This document shows positions 36,477 to 45,009 of a stretch of DNA of 45,009 nucleotides, piece after piece. The DNA is taken from positions 1-45,009 of the forward strand of contig JBBISH010000042.1 of NCBI GenBank assembly GCA_037441385.1. Reading direction: 5' to 3'. The notes under the pieces are model-generated. The model saw only the letters and a program-made list of their open reading frames with translations. It searched no databases and was not told the DNA's origin. This stretch comes from Myxococcales bacterium. GTDB taxonomy: Bacteria; Myxococcota_A; UBA9042. The stretch's first letter is position 1. Every line of letters starts with the position of its first letter. The position numbers were made by a program, and so were the translations under genes.

Positions 36477-37923
36477 GGTCGCCTCGCGGTACCCCAGGCT
36501 GCAGGGCAAAGGCGCGGGTGGGGCAGACTGCGGCCGCGCGCAGGGCCGCCGCGTCGGACAAGGCTTCGGCCAACGGCAGACCAAAGGCTGCGGCCGGACG
36601 GGTGGCAAAGCCGCGGCCGGTCATCGCCAGCTCGCCGTCGGCGACTGCGACACAAGCCTGACAAAGCACGCACTTATGCGCCTCAAGCACCACGAGCCGG
36701 TGGCTCGCGTCGCGCTGTAGCGGCCGGCGTTGCCCGGCGATGCGGGCCGGTGGCACGCGCAATTGCGCAGCGACCACGTTCAGGTGGCAATCGCGGTGTT
36801 GTAGGCAGCCGCAGCCCAAGCACAACGCCGCCTCTTGCTCCACGGGCAGGTCGCGGTCGGGCAGGTCGCGGTCAGGCAGCGGCGCCGTCGCCTCGGGTCG
36901 CAAAAGCTGGGCGCGCTCGCCCGCGGCAAGGTCTTGGTAGCGCAGCCGAATCGGCGACACGCCCGGCTGAACTTGGCGCAGCGCGCGATCAACCTGCTCG
37001 GCGGCCGCCCGGCCCAAGGCCACCCGCCGAATCGGCGTGCCGTGCAGGCCGGCGTTGCTGACTAGGACAACACGCGGATCCGCCGGCCAATTCGCGGGGT
37101 TCTGCGGTCCCGCCGCCACCACCGCCGCGGCAAAACGCGAGCCCAGCCAGGCCTCCAAATCGGCGCGCTCGACCGGCGCCAAGGTGTGCCACTGCACGCC
37201 AAGCTTGCGCAGGATCTGCAGATCCGCCTGCAGCGGGGTGTCGTCGCTCAGCAGCGGCAGCAGCGAGCCACCCAGCCGCGGCCCCCGCTCTAGAATCGTT
37301 GGCAAATAGCCCAGTTGCACCAGACGGTGGGCGGCCGCCAGGCCCGTCGGCCCGCCGCCGACCACGATCACCGCGGGCCCTTGGGGCGGCGCAGGCAGTT
37401 CCAGGTCGCCAAGGGGCAAGTGCGCATGGGTCCTGCGGATATCCAGATAGCGGTCCAGCTCGCCGCGCCGGCAGGCCCGGTGGCAGGGCGCATCGCAGAC
37501 TTGCCCCAACGTGGTGGGCAGGCCCAGCCCGTCCAGGGCCATGCGCGCCGCCTCCTTGGGCTGGGTGGGCAAGGTCTGCTCGAACTCGGCGATGTCCCAG
37601 CCCGCCGGGCACGCCAGCTCGCACGGGGCACGGCATTCGCCCTGATGCTCGGACAACAGCAACTGCATCGCCACCTGGCGCGCGTGCTGGACCCGCGGCC
37701 CGTGGGTCACAACCACAAGATTGGGCTGCACTTTCAGAGAGCACGACGGCAGCAGCTGGCCCCGAACCTCGACCACACACAGCAGGCACGAATCCGGCGT
37801 GTCCAGGCCGTCGACGTGGCACAAGCTGGGGATGGTGCGCCCGGCTCGCCGCGCCACTTGCAGCACGGTCTCGCCCACCGCCGCGGCCACCCATTCGCCA
37901 TCAAGCTGAATCGACAAGGACAA
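36466..37923 (-). CDS. 2Fe-2S/4Fe-4S FAD-dependent oxidoreductase (NuoG-like N-terminus plus GltD-like domain), shortened
   Basis: IPSLC...SCLLCVVE, CRAPCELACP, VCDAPCHRACRR, Rossmann VVGGGPTGLAAA, CLGCGC and CVLCQAC...CPT. TTG start with GGAGG RBS. Confidence 0.82.
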   Translation of the reverse strand: MSLSIQLDGEWVAAAVGETVLQVARRAGRTIPSLCHVDGLDTPDSCLLCVVEVRGQLLPSCSLKVQPNLVVVTHGPRVQHARQVAMQLLLSEHQGECRAPCELACPAGWDIAEFEQTLPTQPKEAARMALDGLGLPTTLGQVCDAPCHRACRRGELDRYLDIRRTHAHLPLGDLELPAPPQGPAVIVVGGGPTGLAAAHRLVQLGYLPTILERGPRLGGSLLPLLSDDTPLQADLQILRKLGVQWHTLAPVERADLEAWLGSRFAAAVVAAGPQNPANWPADPRVVLVSNAGLHGTPIRRVALGRAAAEQVDRALRQVQPGVSPIRLRYQDLAAGERAQLLRPEATAPLPDRDLPDRDLPVEQEAALCLGCGCLQHRDCHLNVVAAQLRVPPARIAGQRRPLQRDASHRLVVLEAHKCVLCQACVAVADGELAMTGRGFATRPAAAFGLPLAEALSDAAALRAAAVCPTRAFALQPGVPRGDHEP

Positions 37924-38118
37924 CTTGGCCTCCGCCTGGGCCTCGCGCAGCGTTGCTGCGCCCGTTGCAGAATGCGGCCGGCCGTGGCCCCGGTCAACGT
38001 CGCTGCGTCACAGCGATGCAGTCAAGCACCACCTTGCGAATTGGCGGCCTTTTTTGCCCGCGCTGGACCGGCGTCGCGCCTCACCCTATGCTCGGCCTCG
38101 CACCCCTAGAGGCTCGTC

Positions 38119-39117
38119 ATGCGCATCACGATTCGTTATCCCGCGGGCAGCGACCACTTGACGCTGCGCTGCGAGGCCGACTGGGACATGGACCTGCAGC
38201 CGGTCGAGCAGTCGCCCGAGCACGCCGTATTTGACGTGCCCTTTGCCGAAGCCACGCTGGCCATGAAGCCGGTGCTGCACCAAGGGCCCGCGGTCCACTG
38301 GGCCAAGGGCAGCAACTACGTGCTGAGCGCATGGGAGGCCGACCCGGAGATCTGGCCCTACTTCTTCGACAAGGAGATGGGGCATGTCACGGAGATTATG
38401 CGGTTTTCTCACGACAGCCGCAGCCACGCCGTGCGGGTCTACCTGCCGCCGGGCTACGCCGAGAACCACCTGCGCCGCTACCCCGTCTTGTACATGCAAG
38501 ACGGCAAGAACCTGTTCTTCCCCGAGGAGGCGTTTGGCGGCACCGAATGGCAGGTCGACGAGACCATGGACCGCCTGGACAAGATGAACGCGGTCCGCAA
38601 GGTCATCGTGGTCGGCATCGCGCCGCAGGACCGGATGGTCGACTACACCCTGCCTGGCTACGCGGACTACGGGCGCTTTGTGGTCGAAGTGGTCAAACCC
38701 GCGATCGACCAAGAGTTTCGCACCAAGACCGGCCGCAGCGACACGGTCGTCATGGGGTCCTCGCTGGGCGGGCTGGTCTCGCTCTATCTGGCTTGGCAGC
38801 ACCCCGACGTGTTTGGCGGTGCCGCCTGCCTCTCCAGCACCTTCAGCTATCAAAACGACCTGTTCCAGCGCATCGCCCGCGAGCCCAAGCCGCCGATTCG
38901 CCTCTACTTAGACAGCGGCTGGCCGCGCGACAACTTTGACCACACCAACGCCATGCGCGATCTGCTGGTCTCACGCGGGTTTACCCTGGGGGTCGACCTG
39001 CTGCAGTTCAGCTTCCCAGAGGCCACCCACAACGAAGGCTCGTGGGCCGGCCGCAGCCACGTCCCATTCCAGTTCTTCTTTGGTCGGGCTTGGGCAGCGC
39101 AACGGAGCCGCACGTAG
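38119..39117 (+). CDS. Alpha/beta-hydrolase esterase (IroE/Fes-like superfamily)
   Basis: VYLPPGY, YPVLYMQDG, nucleophile GSSLGG, YLDSG and catalytic HNE..W. Confidence 0.88.
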   Translation: MRITIRYPAGSDHLTLRCEADWDMDLQPVEQSPEHAVFDVPFAEATLAMKPVLHQGPAVHWAKGSNYVLSAWEADPEIWPYFFDKEMGHVTEIMRFSHDSRSHAVRVYLPPGYAENHLRRYPVLYMQDGKNLFFPEEAFGGTEWQVDETMDRLDKMNAVRKVIVVGIAPQDRMVDYTLPGYADYGRFVVEVVKPAIDQEFRTKTGRSDTVVMGSSLGGLVSLYLAWQHPDVFGGAACLSSTFSYQNDLFQRIAREPKPPIRLYLDSGWPRDNFDHTNAMRDLLVSRGFTLGVDLLQFSFPEATHNEGSWAGRSHVPFQFFFGRAWAAQRSRT

Positions 39118-39136
39118 AAAGGCAGTAGTTCCGCAC

Positions 39137-39153
39137 AGTAGAAAATGCCCCCC
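39137..39153 (+). repeat. Dispersed 17-bp motif AGTAGAAAATGCCCCCC, copy 3
   Basis: Exact match to copies 1 and 2. Confidence 0.9.
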
Positions 39154-39207
39154 TCCTTCAGCTACACTGCTGCGCCTTCGGCCAGGGTGCCGAAACTATG
39201 CAGCACC

Positions 39208-41712
39208 ATGAGTGAATCCAGCCTGCTAACCAGCACTCCGCCGACCCTCCTCAGCAACCGCGTCACCACCGTTCCCAGCCACGCCCGCGTGGTCATCGTG
39301 GGCGGCGGCATCATCGGCTGTTCGATCGCCTATCATCTTGCGCACATGGGCTGCCGCGATGTGGTGCTGCTCGAGCGCGACCGCCTGACCTCGGGCACGA
39401 CGTGGCACGCCGCCGGGCTGATGGTCACGTTTGGCTCGACGTCCAGCACGTCTACAGAACTGCGGAAATATACACGCGATCTCTACAACCGCTTGGAGGC
39501 TGAGACGGGCCAGGCCACCGGGTTCAAGCCGGTCGGGTTCATCGAGGTCGCCGCCGATCGCGATCGGCTCGAAGAATACCGGCGCGTGTCGGCCTTCAAT
39601 CGCCTGTGCGGCGTCGACGTGCACGAACTGTCGGCCAAGGAAGTCGGCGATCTGTTCCCCATCGCCAAAACAGATGACATTCTGGCGGGTTTCTATGTCA
39701 AGGAGGATGGCCGGGTCAACCCGGTCGACGTGACCATGGCCCTGGCCAAAGGCGCGCGGCAGCAGGGCGCGACGCTGCTCGAAGAAGTGCCCTGCACCGG
39801 CATTTTGAAGTCGAATGGCCACGTTACCGGTGTACGCACCCCGCTGGGCGACATTCACTGCGAGATCGTGGTCAACGCGGCCGGCATGTGGGCGCGCCAA
39901 CTGGGCGAGCTGGCCGGCGTGACAATACCGTTGCAAGCCGCCGAGCACTACTACCTGATCACCGACAAAGTGCCTGGCATTTCGGCCAATTGGCCGGTGC
40001 TGGAGGACCCGGGCCGCTACGGCTACTACCGCGAAGAGGTAGGCGGCCTGATGGTCGGCCTGTTCGAGCCCAAGTCGGCGCCGTGGAAGGTCGAGGGAAT
40101 TCCGCAGAACTTCTCGTTCGGCGAGATCACCCCCGACTGGGACCGTATGGGCCCCTTTGTCGAGCGCGCCCTGGGCCGCATCCCGATGCTGGAGAACCTG
40201 GGCATCCGCAAATTCTTCTGTGGTCCAGAGAGCTTTACCCCCGATCTGCGGCCGGTGGTGGGCGAGGCGCCCGAGCTGCGCGGCTACTACGTCTGCGCCG
40301 GCCTCAACTCAATCGGCATCCTGACCGGCGGCGGCATGGGTCGGCTGATGGCCCAGTGGATCCTGAGCGGCCACCCGGACATGGACATCACGGGCATGAA
40401 CATCGACCGCCTGCAGCCCTACCAAGTAACGCCGCAGTACCGCCGCGAGCGCATCGTCGAGTCGCTGGGCCTGGTCTACAAGTGCCACTACCCCTTCAAG
40501 ACCATGGAGACGGCCCGCGACGCCAAGCGCTCGCCGCTGCACGCCGAATTGCACAAAGCTGGTGCGTTCTTGCGCGACGTCAGCGGCTGGGAATGCGCCG
40601 ATTGGTACGCGCCCACGCCCGCGCAGGCGGTGGCCGGGCCACTGAGCTTTGGCCGCCCCGATTGGTTCCCGTACTGGCGCGCCGAGCACGAAGCCTGCCG
40701 CAACGCCTCGATCGTCATGGACATGTCCTTCATGGCCAAGTTCTTGGTGCAGGGCCGCGACGCGGGACGCTACCTGCAGTGGCTCTGCGCCGGCGACGTG
40801 GACGGGCCGGTCGGCCGAATCACCTACACGCAGTGCCTGGATGCCAAAGGCTTTTTGCAGGCGGATCTCACGGTCAACAAGCTGGCCGACGACAAGTTCC
40901 TGGTGGTCGCCTCGGACACGGCCCACCGCCACGTCCACCACTGGATCGAGCGGCACATCCCCAGCGATTTCCATTGCTTCGTCACGGACGTCACCTCGGC
41001 CTACGCCCAACTCAACGTGCAGGGTCCCACCAGCCGCGCGCTGCTGCAGAGCCTGACCGCCACCGATTTGGGCAATGAAGCCCTGCCCTTCCGCGGCGTC
41101 AAAGAGATCGCCATCGGGTTTGCCAAGTTGCACGTGGCCCGCATCACCTACCTGGGCGAACTGGGCTACGAACTGCTGATCCCCACCGAGCAGGCCGCGC
41201 ACGTGTACAGCAAGATCATGGCGGTCGGTGGCCAATTCGGCTTGCGTCTCGCGGGCCTCAAGGCTCTAGCCAGTCTGCGCATGGAAAAGGGCTACCGCGA
41301 CTACGGCCACGACATCGACAACACCGACACGGTGCTCGAGGCCGGCCTGGGCTTTGCGGTGGACTGGAACAAGCCGTCGTTCTTGGGGCGCGAGGCAGCG
41401 CTGGCGCAGAAGGCCGCGGGGCCGCTGAAGAAGCGTCTGGTGCAAATACAGGTGCTGGACCCCGAGCCGCTGATGTTCCACGCCGAGGTGCTGTGGCGGG
41501 GCGGCCAGCGCGCCGGCTATGTGCGGGCCGCCAGCTACGGGCATACCCTTGGCGGCGCCGTAGGTTTGGCCATGATCGAGGCCGACGTGCCGATCGATCA
41601 GGCCTGGCTGGATGCGGCGCCGTGGCAGGTCGAGATCAGCGACAGGAAGTACCCGGCCAAGCTGAGCCTGCGGCCTCTGTACGACCCCGCAGGGGCGCGC
41701 ATCAAGGCTTGA
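39208..41712 (+). CDS. GcvT-family FAD-dependent dehydrogenase (dimethylglycine/sarcosine dehydrogenase-like)
   Basis: VVIVGGGIIG, SGTTWHAAGL, GPESFTPD, then a folate-binding GcvT domain (ITYLGELGYEL, SLRMEKGY, PLYDP). Start ATG 39208 (ORF track 39145). Confidence 0.92.
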   Translation: MSESSLLTSTPPTLLSNRVTTVPSHARVVIVGGGIIGCSIAYHLAHMGCRDVVLLERDRLTSGTTWHAAGLMVTFGSTSSTSTELRKYTRDLYNRLEAETGQATGFKPVGFIEVAADRDRLEEYRRVSAFNRLCGVDVHELSAKEVGDLFPIAKTDDILAGFYVKEDGRVNPVDVTMALAKGARQQGATLLEEVPCTGILKSNGHVTGVRTPLGDIHCEIVVNAAGMWARQLGELAGVTIPLQAAEHYYLITDKVPGISANWPVLEDPGRYGYYREEVGGLMVGLFEPKSAPWKVEGIPQNFSFGEITPDWDRMGPFVERALGRIPMLENLGIRKFFCGPESFTPDLRPVVGEAPELRGYYVCAGLNSIGILTGGGMGRLMAQWILSGHPDMDITGMNIDRLQPYQVTPQYRRERIVESLGLVYKCHYPFKTMETARDAKRSPLHAELHKAGAFLRDVSGWECADWYAPTPAQAVAGPLSFGRPDWFPYWRAEHEACRNASIVMDMSFMAKFLVQGRDAGRYLQWLCAGDVDGPVGRITYTQCLDAKGFLQADLTVNKLADDKFLVVASDTAHRHVHHWIERHIPSDFHCFVTDVTSAYAQLNVQGPTSRALLQSLTATDLGNEALPFRGVKEIAIGFAKLHVARITYLGELGYELLIPTEQAAHVYSKIMAVGGQFGLRLAGLKALASLRMEKGYRDYGHDIDNTDTVLEAGLGFAVDWNKPSFLGREAALAQKAAGPLKKRLVQIQVLDPEPLMFHAEVLWRGGQRAGYVRAASYGHTLGGAVGLAMIEADVPIDQAWLDAAPWQVEISDRKYPAKLSLRPLYDPAGARIKA

Positions 41713-43468
41713 TACGGGATCCGGGCGAATCAAGCGGGGGGCGCTGGACCGGGGGCAGCCGCCACAACCGCAGCGGCACCTGCGGCCGAGCTGGCACGGC
41801 GTCGGGCGGCAGGCCCGCCACCGCCACGGTCGGGCCAGTCGCCACCAACTCGGCACCCAGCAGCCAACGGGCGCACTCGCGGCGAGGCTCTGACGGCACG
41901 CGCACGTCGGCCAGGCCAAACTCTGCAGAAACATCGAACAGAAGCTGGTGCAGGCGCTGAGGGTGACCAGCCAGGTAGTCCATCGCCGCGGGCTCGTCCG
42001 TGCTCGCTGGAATCGCAAGCTCGGCCACCGTGTAGGTCCAGCAGCCGAGCGACTCGGCAAAATACGCACCCGCGCCAGGTGGCTGCGTCGGCCTGCCCAA
42101 CGAGCGCGCTGCCTCGGCCACGCTGTGGTAGCGGGGCTGGGGAAAGCGCCAGTCGACGACCGCGATGGGGGCGTCCGAATGCCGACTGAGCTGGGCGCGC
42201 AGCCACAGGTAGTCGATCAACACCGGATCCTCGCGCTGGTTTTGCCACGTCTGCGGCGCCAGGCCAGCCGTCAAGGCCACGGCGACCGCCACCGCCGCCA
42301 AGGCAATCGGCGGCCTCAAGCGGACTTGCAGATACTGCACCACGGCCAGCGCACCCACCGCGGCCGCGAGCAGGCCCAGCACAACGGCCGGCAACCGAAA
42401 GCCCCAGCGCGCCCCAGCGACCGGCCACGCCGCCGGCAGTGAGGTCAGTGCAGTGGCCACCAGCCCAGTCGCCCACGCCAAGCCGGCTCCGGGGCGCCGC
42501 ACCAGCGCCCAGGCACCGACGATCGCGAGAAACGGCATCAACGCAGGCAGTTGCCCAACATCCACCAGCGGGTGTCCGCGCAAGCACTGCCACAAAGCGG
42601 CCATGTCGAACACGCCCAGGGCGAGCCAAAGCACGTCAAAGCCCTGCCGGGGGCGCACGACCGCCTGCATGGCCAGACCGGCCACCAGCACGGCGGCCAA
42701 GATCCCTGGAAATCGCCAACGCTGCCAGCAACTTTGCTGCCGGTCGCGCGCCACGGCTACCAGAACCACGGCAGGCAGCAGCGCCGCCGCCGTCTGCCGG
42801 CTGAACACGGCCAGCAGCGCGGCCACCATGGCCAGTCCTTGCAGCCGCGGAGCCGGCTCAGTGGCCGCGCGGTCGGCCGCCCACAGCGCCAATAGCCCAA
42901 AGAACACAGCGGAAATAGCCGCCTCTTCCGAGTAGGCCAGGCGCGCCACGAGCGGCGAGGTGAACCACAACAGCGCGGCGAGCCAGCCTGCCCGGCTATC
43001 GCCCGTCCAGCGCGCGGCCAGTGCCGCCAATGGCCAGGCCGACAGCGCGGCCAGCAAGGCGTTGGCCCGCATCACCGCGACGACCGGGTCTGTGGCCGGT
43101 AACAGCCGTTGCAGGCCCGCCAGCCAATTCAGGAGCACATACGACGTGGCACCGTGCGGATGCTGGGGTGGCGACGCGCCCAGCAAGATGTCGTTGACCA
43201 GCTCGGGACCATAGAACTCGGCGTGAACAAAGGCAGGTTGCAGCAGCCAGAGCCAACCGGCCAACCCAAGTAGCCCAAAGAGCGCGGGCACGACGGCGCG
43301 GGGCCACGTCGGACGCGCCAGCCAGAGCGTGCGCGCCACTAGCACCGCAGCCGCGACCAGCAGGCCGATCACCACTGCGCGCTCCGCGTCGTACCAGCCA
43401 AACGGCCGCTGCGACAGCCAGTCGGCTGCTGGGTGCTGCAGGGTTGCGAAGCTACTTGGCTGCCCCAT
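41702..43468 (-). CDS. Polytopic membrane protein, possibly a GT-C (ArnT/PMT-like) glycosyltransferase
   Basis: About 12 hydrophobic helices. AGWLAALLWFTSP..., SEE and SRQ patterns plus a C-terminal soluble domain. Confidence 0.6.
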   Translation of the reverse strand: MGQPSSFATLQHPAADWLSQRPFGWYDAERAVVIGLLVAAAVLVARTLWLARPTWPRAVVPALFGLLGLAGWLWLLQPAFVHAEFYGPELVNDILLGASPPQHPHGATSYVLLNWLAGLQRLLPATDPVVAVMRANALLAALSAWPLAALAARWTGDSRAGWLAALLWFTSPLVARLAYSEEAAISAVFFGLLALWAADRAATEPAPRLQGLAMVAALLAVFSRQTAAALLPAVVLVAVARDRQQSCWQRWRFPGILAAVLVAGLAMQAVVRPRQGFDVLWLALGVFDMAALWQCLRGHPLVDVGQLPALMPFLAIVGAWALVRRPGAGLAWATGLVATALTSLPAAWPVAGARWGFRLPAVVLGLLAAAVGALAVVQYLQVRLRPPIALAAVAVAVALTAGLAPQTWQNQREDPVLIDYLWLRAQLSRHSDAPIAVVDWRFPQPRYHSVAEAARSLGRPTQPPGAGAYFAESLGCWTYTVAELAIPASTDEPAAMDYLAGHPQRLHQLLFDVSAEFGLADVRVPSEPRRECARWLLGAELVATGPTVAVAGLPPDAVPARPQVPLRLWRLPPVQRPPLDSPGSRIKP

Positions 43469-43572
43469 TCGCCCGTTATACACAAGCAGGCCGAATTCGA
43501 CCATCACGCGTTTGACCATCGCCCCATGGCGCGGCTAGGCTCGGGGCGCCCCCACGGCGCCGGATCCACCCG

Positions 43573-44898
43573 ATGGCTCACTCTTCTCTGCACGTTGTCG
43601 CCACCCGGCGCCCCGCCGCCATCCGTTTGTTCTGGGTCAACCTGGCGCTTGCCTGCGCCGCCTGCCGGCCCGGTCCGCCAGCGTCGGGTCCAGTGCGCGC
43701 GGCCGCGCCCTCGGGCGCCATGCCGGGCCAGCCCAAGGTGCTCGCCAGCGACGTCACCGACCTGGCCGCGGCCGCCAGTCCCGCCGTGGCGCCCGCTCTG
43801 GCCGCCACCGAAGTGGCGTGGCAGCCCGGTGCCGAGGGAAGCCTGTTGGGCTTGAGGGACGCGGACTTCTTTGTCGACCGCGCGGCCCAGTCGTTGCAGC
43901 GACAGGCTCCGGCTCTGGCGGCCGAGGGCCCACTGCTGCTGATCCGCCAGGTGGCCGGCGCGACCGCCCAAGACACGTTGACCGTGGACGTGGACCACGC
44001 CGCCCTGCAGACGGCCGGAGTGGACTGGCTGGTGCAAAGGTCCGCCGCTGGTTGTGTGGCGAGCATCGGCGCCGCGACGGCGGGCGCGCCAACGGTCCCC
44101 TGCCCTGAGATGGGCGACGATGCTTTGTCGTTGACGGCGGCCCTCGCTGCAGTCGCCAGACCCGAGCTCAGACGGGCGCTGCGGGTCGAGAGCCTACAGG
44201 CCAGCGGCGACCTGCAACTGCGAATGGCCGTCCCGGCCTGGCGCCTGCGCTGGCAATTGACTATCGCGCCCGACGGCGACCTGCGATCGATCGAGATCCC
44301 TAGCCAGGGCCTGACTTTGCGCCCCTATCGCGACGAGGCAGGCTGGTGGGCCGCCGCGTCCAGCAGCGGCAGCAACACCCAGTGGCAGTGGCGGCTGGGC
44401 CGCAGCGAGGCCCGTGCCCACACCTGGCAGGTCCGCATCCCGGCGCCGGGGCTGGCCTTGGACGACGATCGCGGGCGACGGCAGTTTTCCCAACCTCTGC
44501 AAGACGCCGTCAAACAGGGGCGCGCCAGCCTACTTGGCCCCCTGACCGGCGAATTGCGGCATGTGGACGGCAAGTGGCGGCTTGTGGCGGCCAGCGCCCA
44601 AGTGCTGACCAACGCTCGCGAGCTCTTGGAGCATGGCCAAGCTGACGGCGTGGCGCCGGGCACGCTGCTGTGGGTCAAGCCGTTCGGTCCTGGAGCGGGC
44701 GGGGCCACACCAGCGCAACTGCTCGCGGCGCAGAGCGAAACGTGTCTGTTCGCCGGCAGTGTGGCCGGTCGCCAGGCCGCTAGCGAGCAGCTGTTCGTGC
44801 GCGCCTGCGGGGATCGCTCGGCGCCGAGTCCAGCAACACCGAACCGAACTGTGCCAAGTGCAGAGCGTCCAGGGGTGGCGCCGACCAAGACGCGTTGA
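43573..44898 (+). CDS. Hypothetical exported protein, possibly a lipoprotein
   Basis: Long ORF filling the region, with a lipobox-like LALACAAC. No recognisable domain. Confidence 0.55.
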   Translation: MAHSSLHVVATRRPAAIRLFWVNLALACAACRPGPPASGPVRAAAPSGAMPGQPKVLASDVTDLAAAASPAVAPALAATEVAWQPGAEGSLLGLRDADFFVDRAAQSLQRQAPALAAEGPLLLIRQVAGATAQDTLTVDVDHAALQTAGVDWLVQRSAAGCVASIGAATAGAPTVPCPEMGDDALSLTAALAAVARPELRRALRVESLQASGDLQLRMAVPAWRLRWQLTIAPDGDLRSIEIPSQGLTLRPYRDEAGWWAAASSSGSNTQWQWRLGRSEARAHTWQVRIPAPGLALDDDRGRRQFSQPLQDAVKQGRASLLGPLTGELRHVDGKWRLVAASAQVLTNARELLEHGQADGVAPGTLLWVKPFGPGAGGATPAQLLAAQSETCLFAGSVAGRQAASEQLFVRACGDRSAPSPATPNRTVPSAERPGVAPTKTR

Positions 44899-44904
44899 CG
44901 CTCA

Positions 44905-45009
44905 GAGGGTGTGTACATATTATTCAGCCCCGAGCCGTGCCGTGATGAGGCGAATCATGGCGAGCGTCATCCAGGCCTTGCTGCTTGCGATCGTCTCTTC
45001 GTAGTCCTT
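44905..45009 (-). mobile_element. End of an IS5-family (IS1031-group-like) insertion sequence, truncated by the window
   Basis: Transposase-like C-terminus whose stop abuts a candidate terminal IR (GAGGGTGTGTACATA, 44905-44919), flanked by TCA (44902-44904), a TNA-type target. Confidence 0.75.
44920..45009 (-). CDS. IS5-family transposase, C-terminal fragment
   Basis: Reads KDYEETIASSKAWMTLAMIRLITARLGAE*, matching the KDYE...S....LAMIRL..RL tail of IS5-family DDE transposases. Not in the ORF track. Confidence 0.8.
   Translation of the reverse strand, partial: KDYEETIASSKAWMTLAMIRLITARLGAE

Noticed and set aside
36845..36873. 15-nt tandem duplication (PDRDL x2) in the oxidoreductase
   Set aside because: In-frame linker duplication with no evident functional signal.
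111..39153. 17-bp repeat as a CRISPR array
   Set aside because: Copies are 12-27 kb apart, in both orientations and too short, and no cas genes are present.
38119..41712. Esterase-GcvT readthrough fusion (same reading frame)
   Set aside because: Two in-frame TAG stops separate them and both proteins look complete as standalone families.

Overview
GC-rich, densely coding bacterial window. The Cys-rich repeat lipoprotein, Ser/Thr kinase-AAA-TPR protein and many lipoproteins suggest Myxococcota (inference). From left to right it holds: a five-gene putative all-lipoprotein operon (265-8006); a rhodanese-thioredoxin lipoprotein; a secreted propeller-like protein; TolC; a hybrid histidine kinase; a 13-gene aryl-polyene (ape)-like lipid operon (13830-26277) that has the ApeD-N core and an MIO ammonia-lyase but no ketosynthase or ketoreductase, and ends in a B12-dependent radical SAM gene; an RHH/Zn-finger regulator with a phased direct-repeat operator over its promoter; a clan GH-A glycosidase; a kinase-AAA-TPR protein; a cNMP-CPBP protease fusion; a second B12 radical SAM; NUDIX; a shortened Fe-S flavoprotein; an esterase; a GcvT-family dehydrogenase; two membrane/secreted unknowns; and the end of an IS5-family element at the right edge. 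An exact 17-bp motif (AGTAGAAAATGCCCCCC) occurs three times at gene junctions. No rRNA, tRNA or CRISPR array was seen. All calls come from reading motifs by eye, with no database searches, and several start codons were moved from the ORF track.
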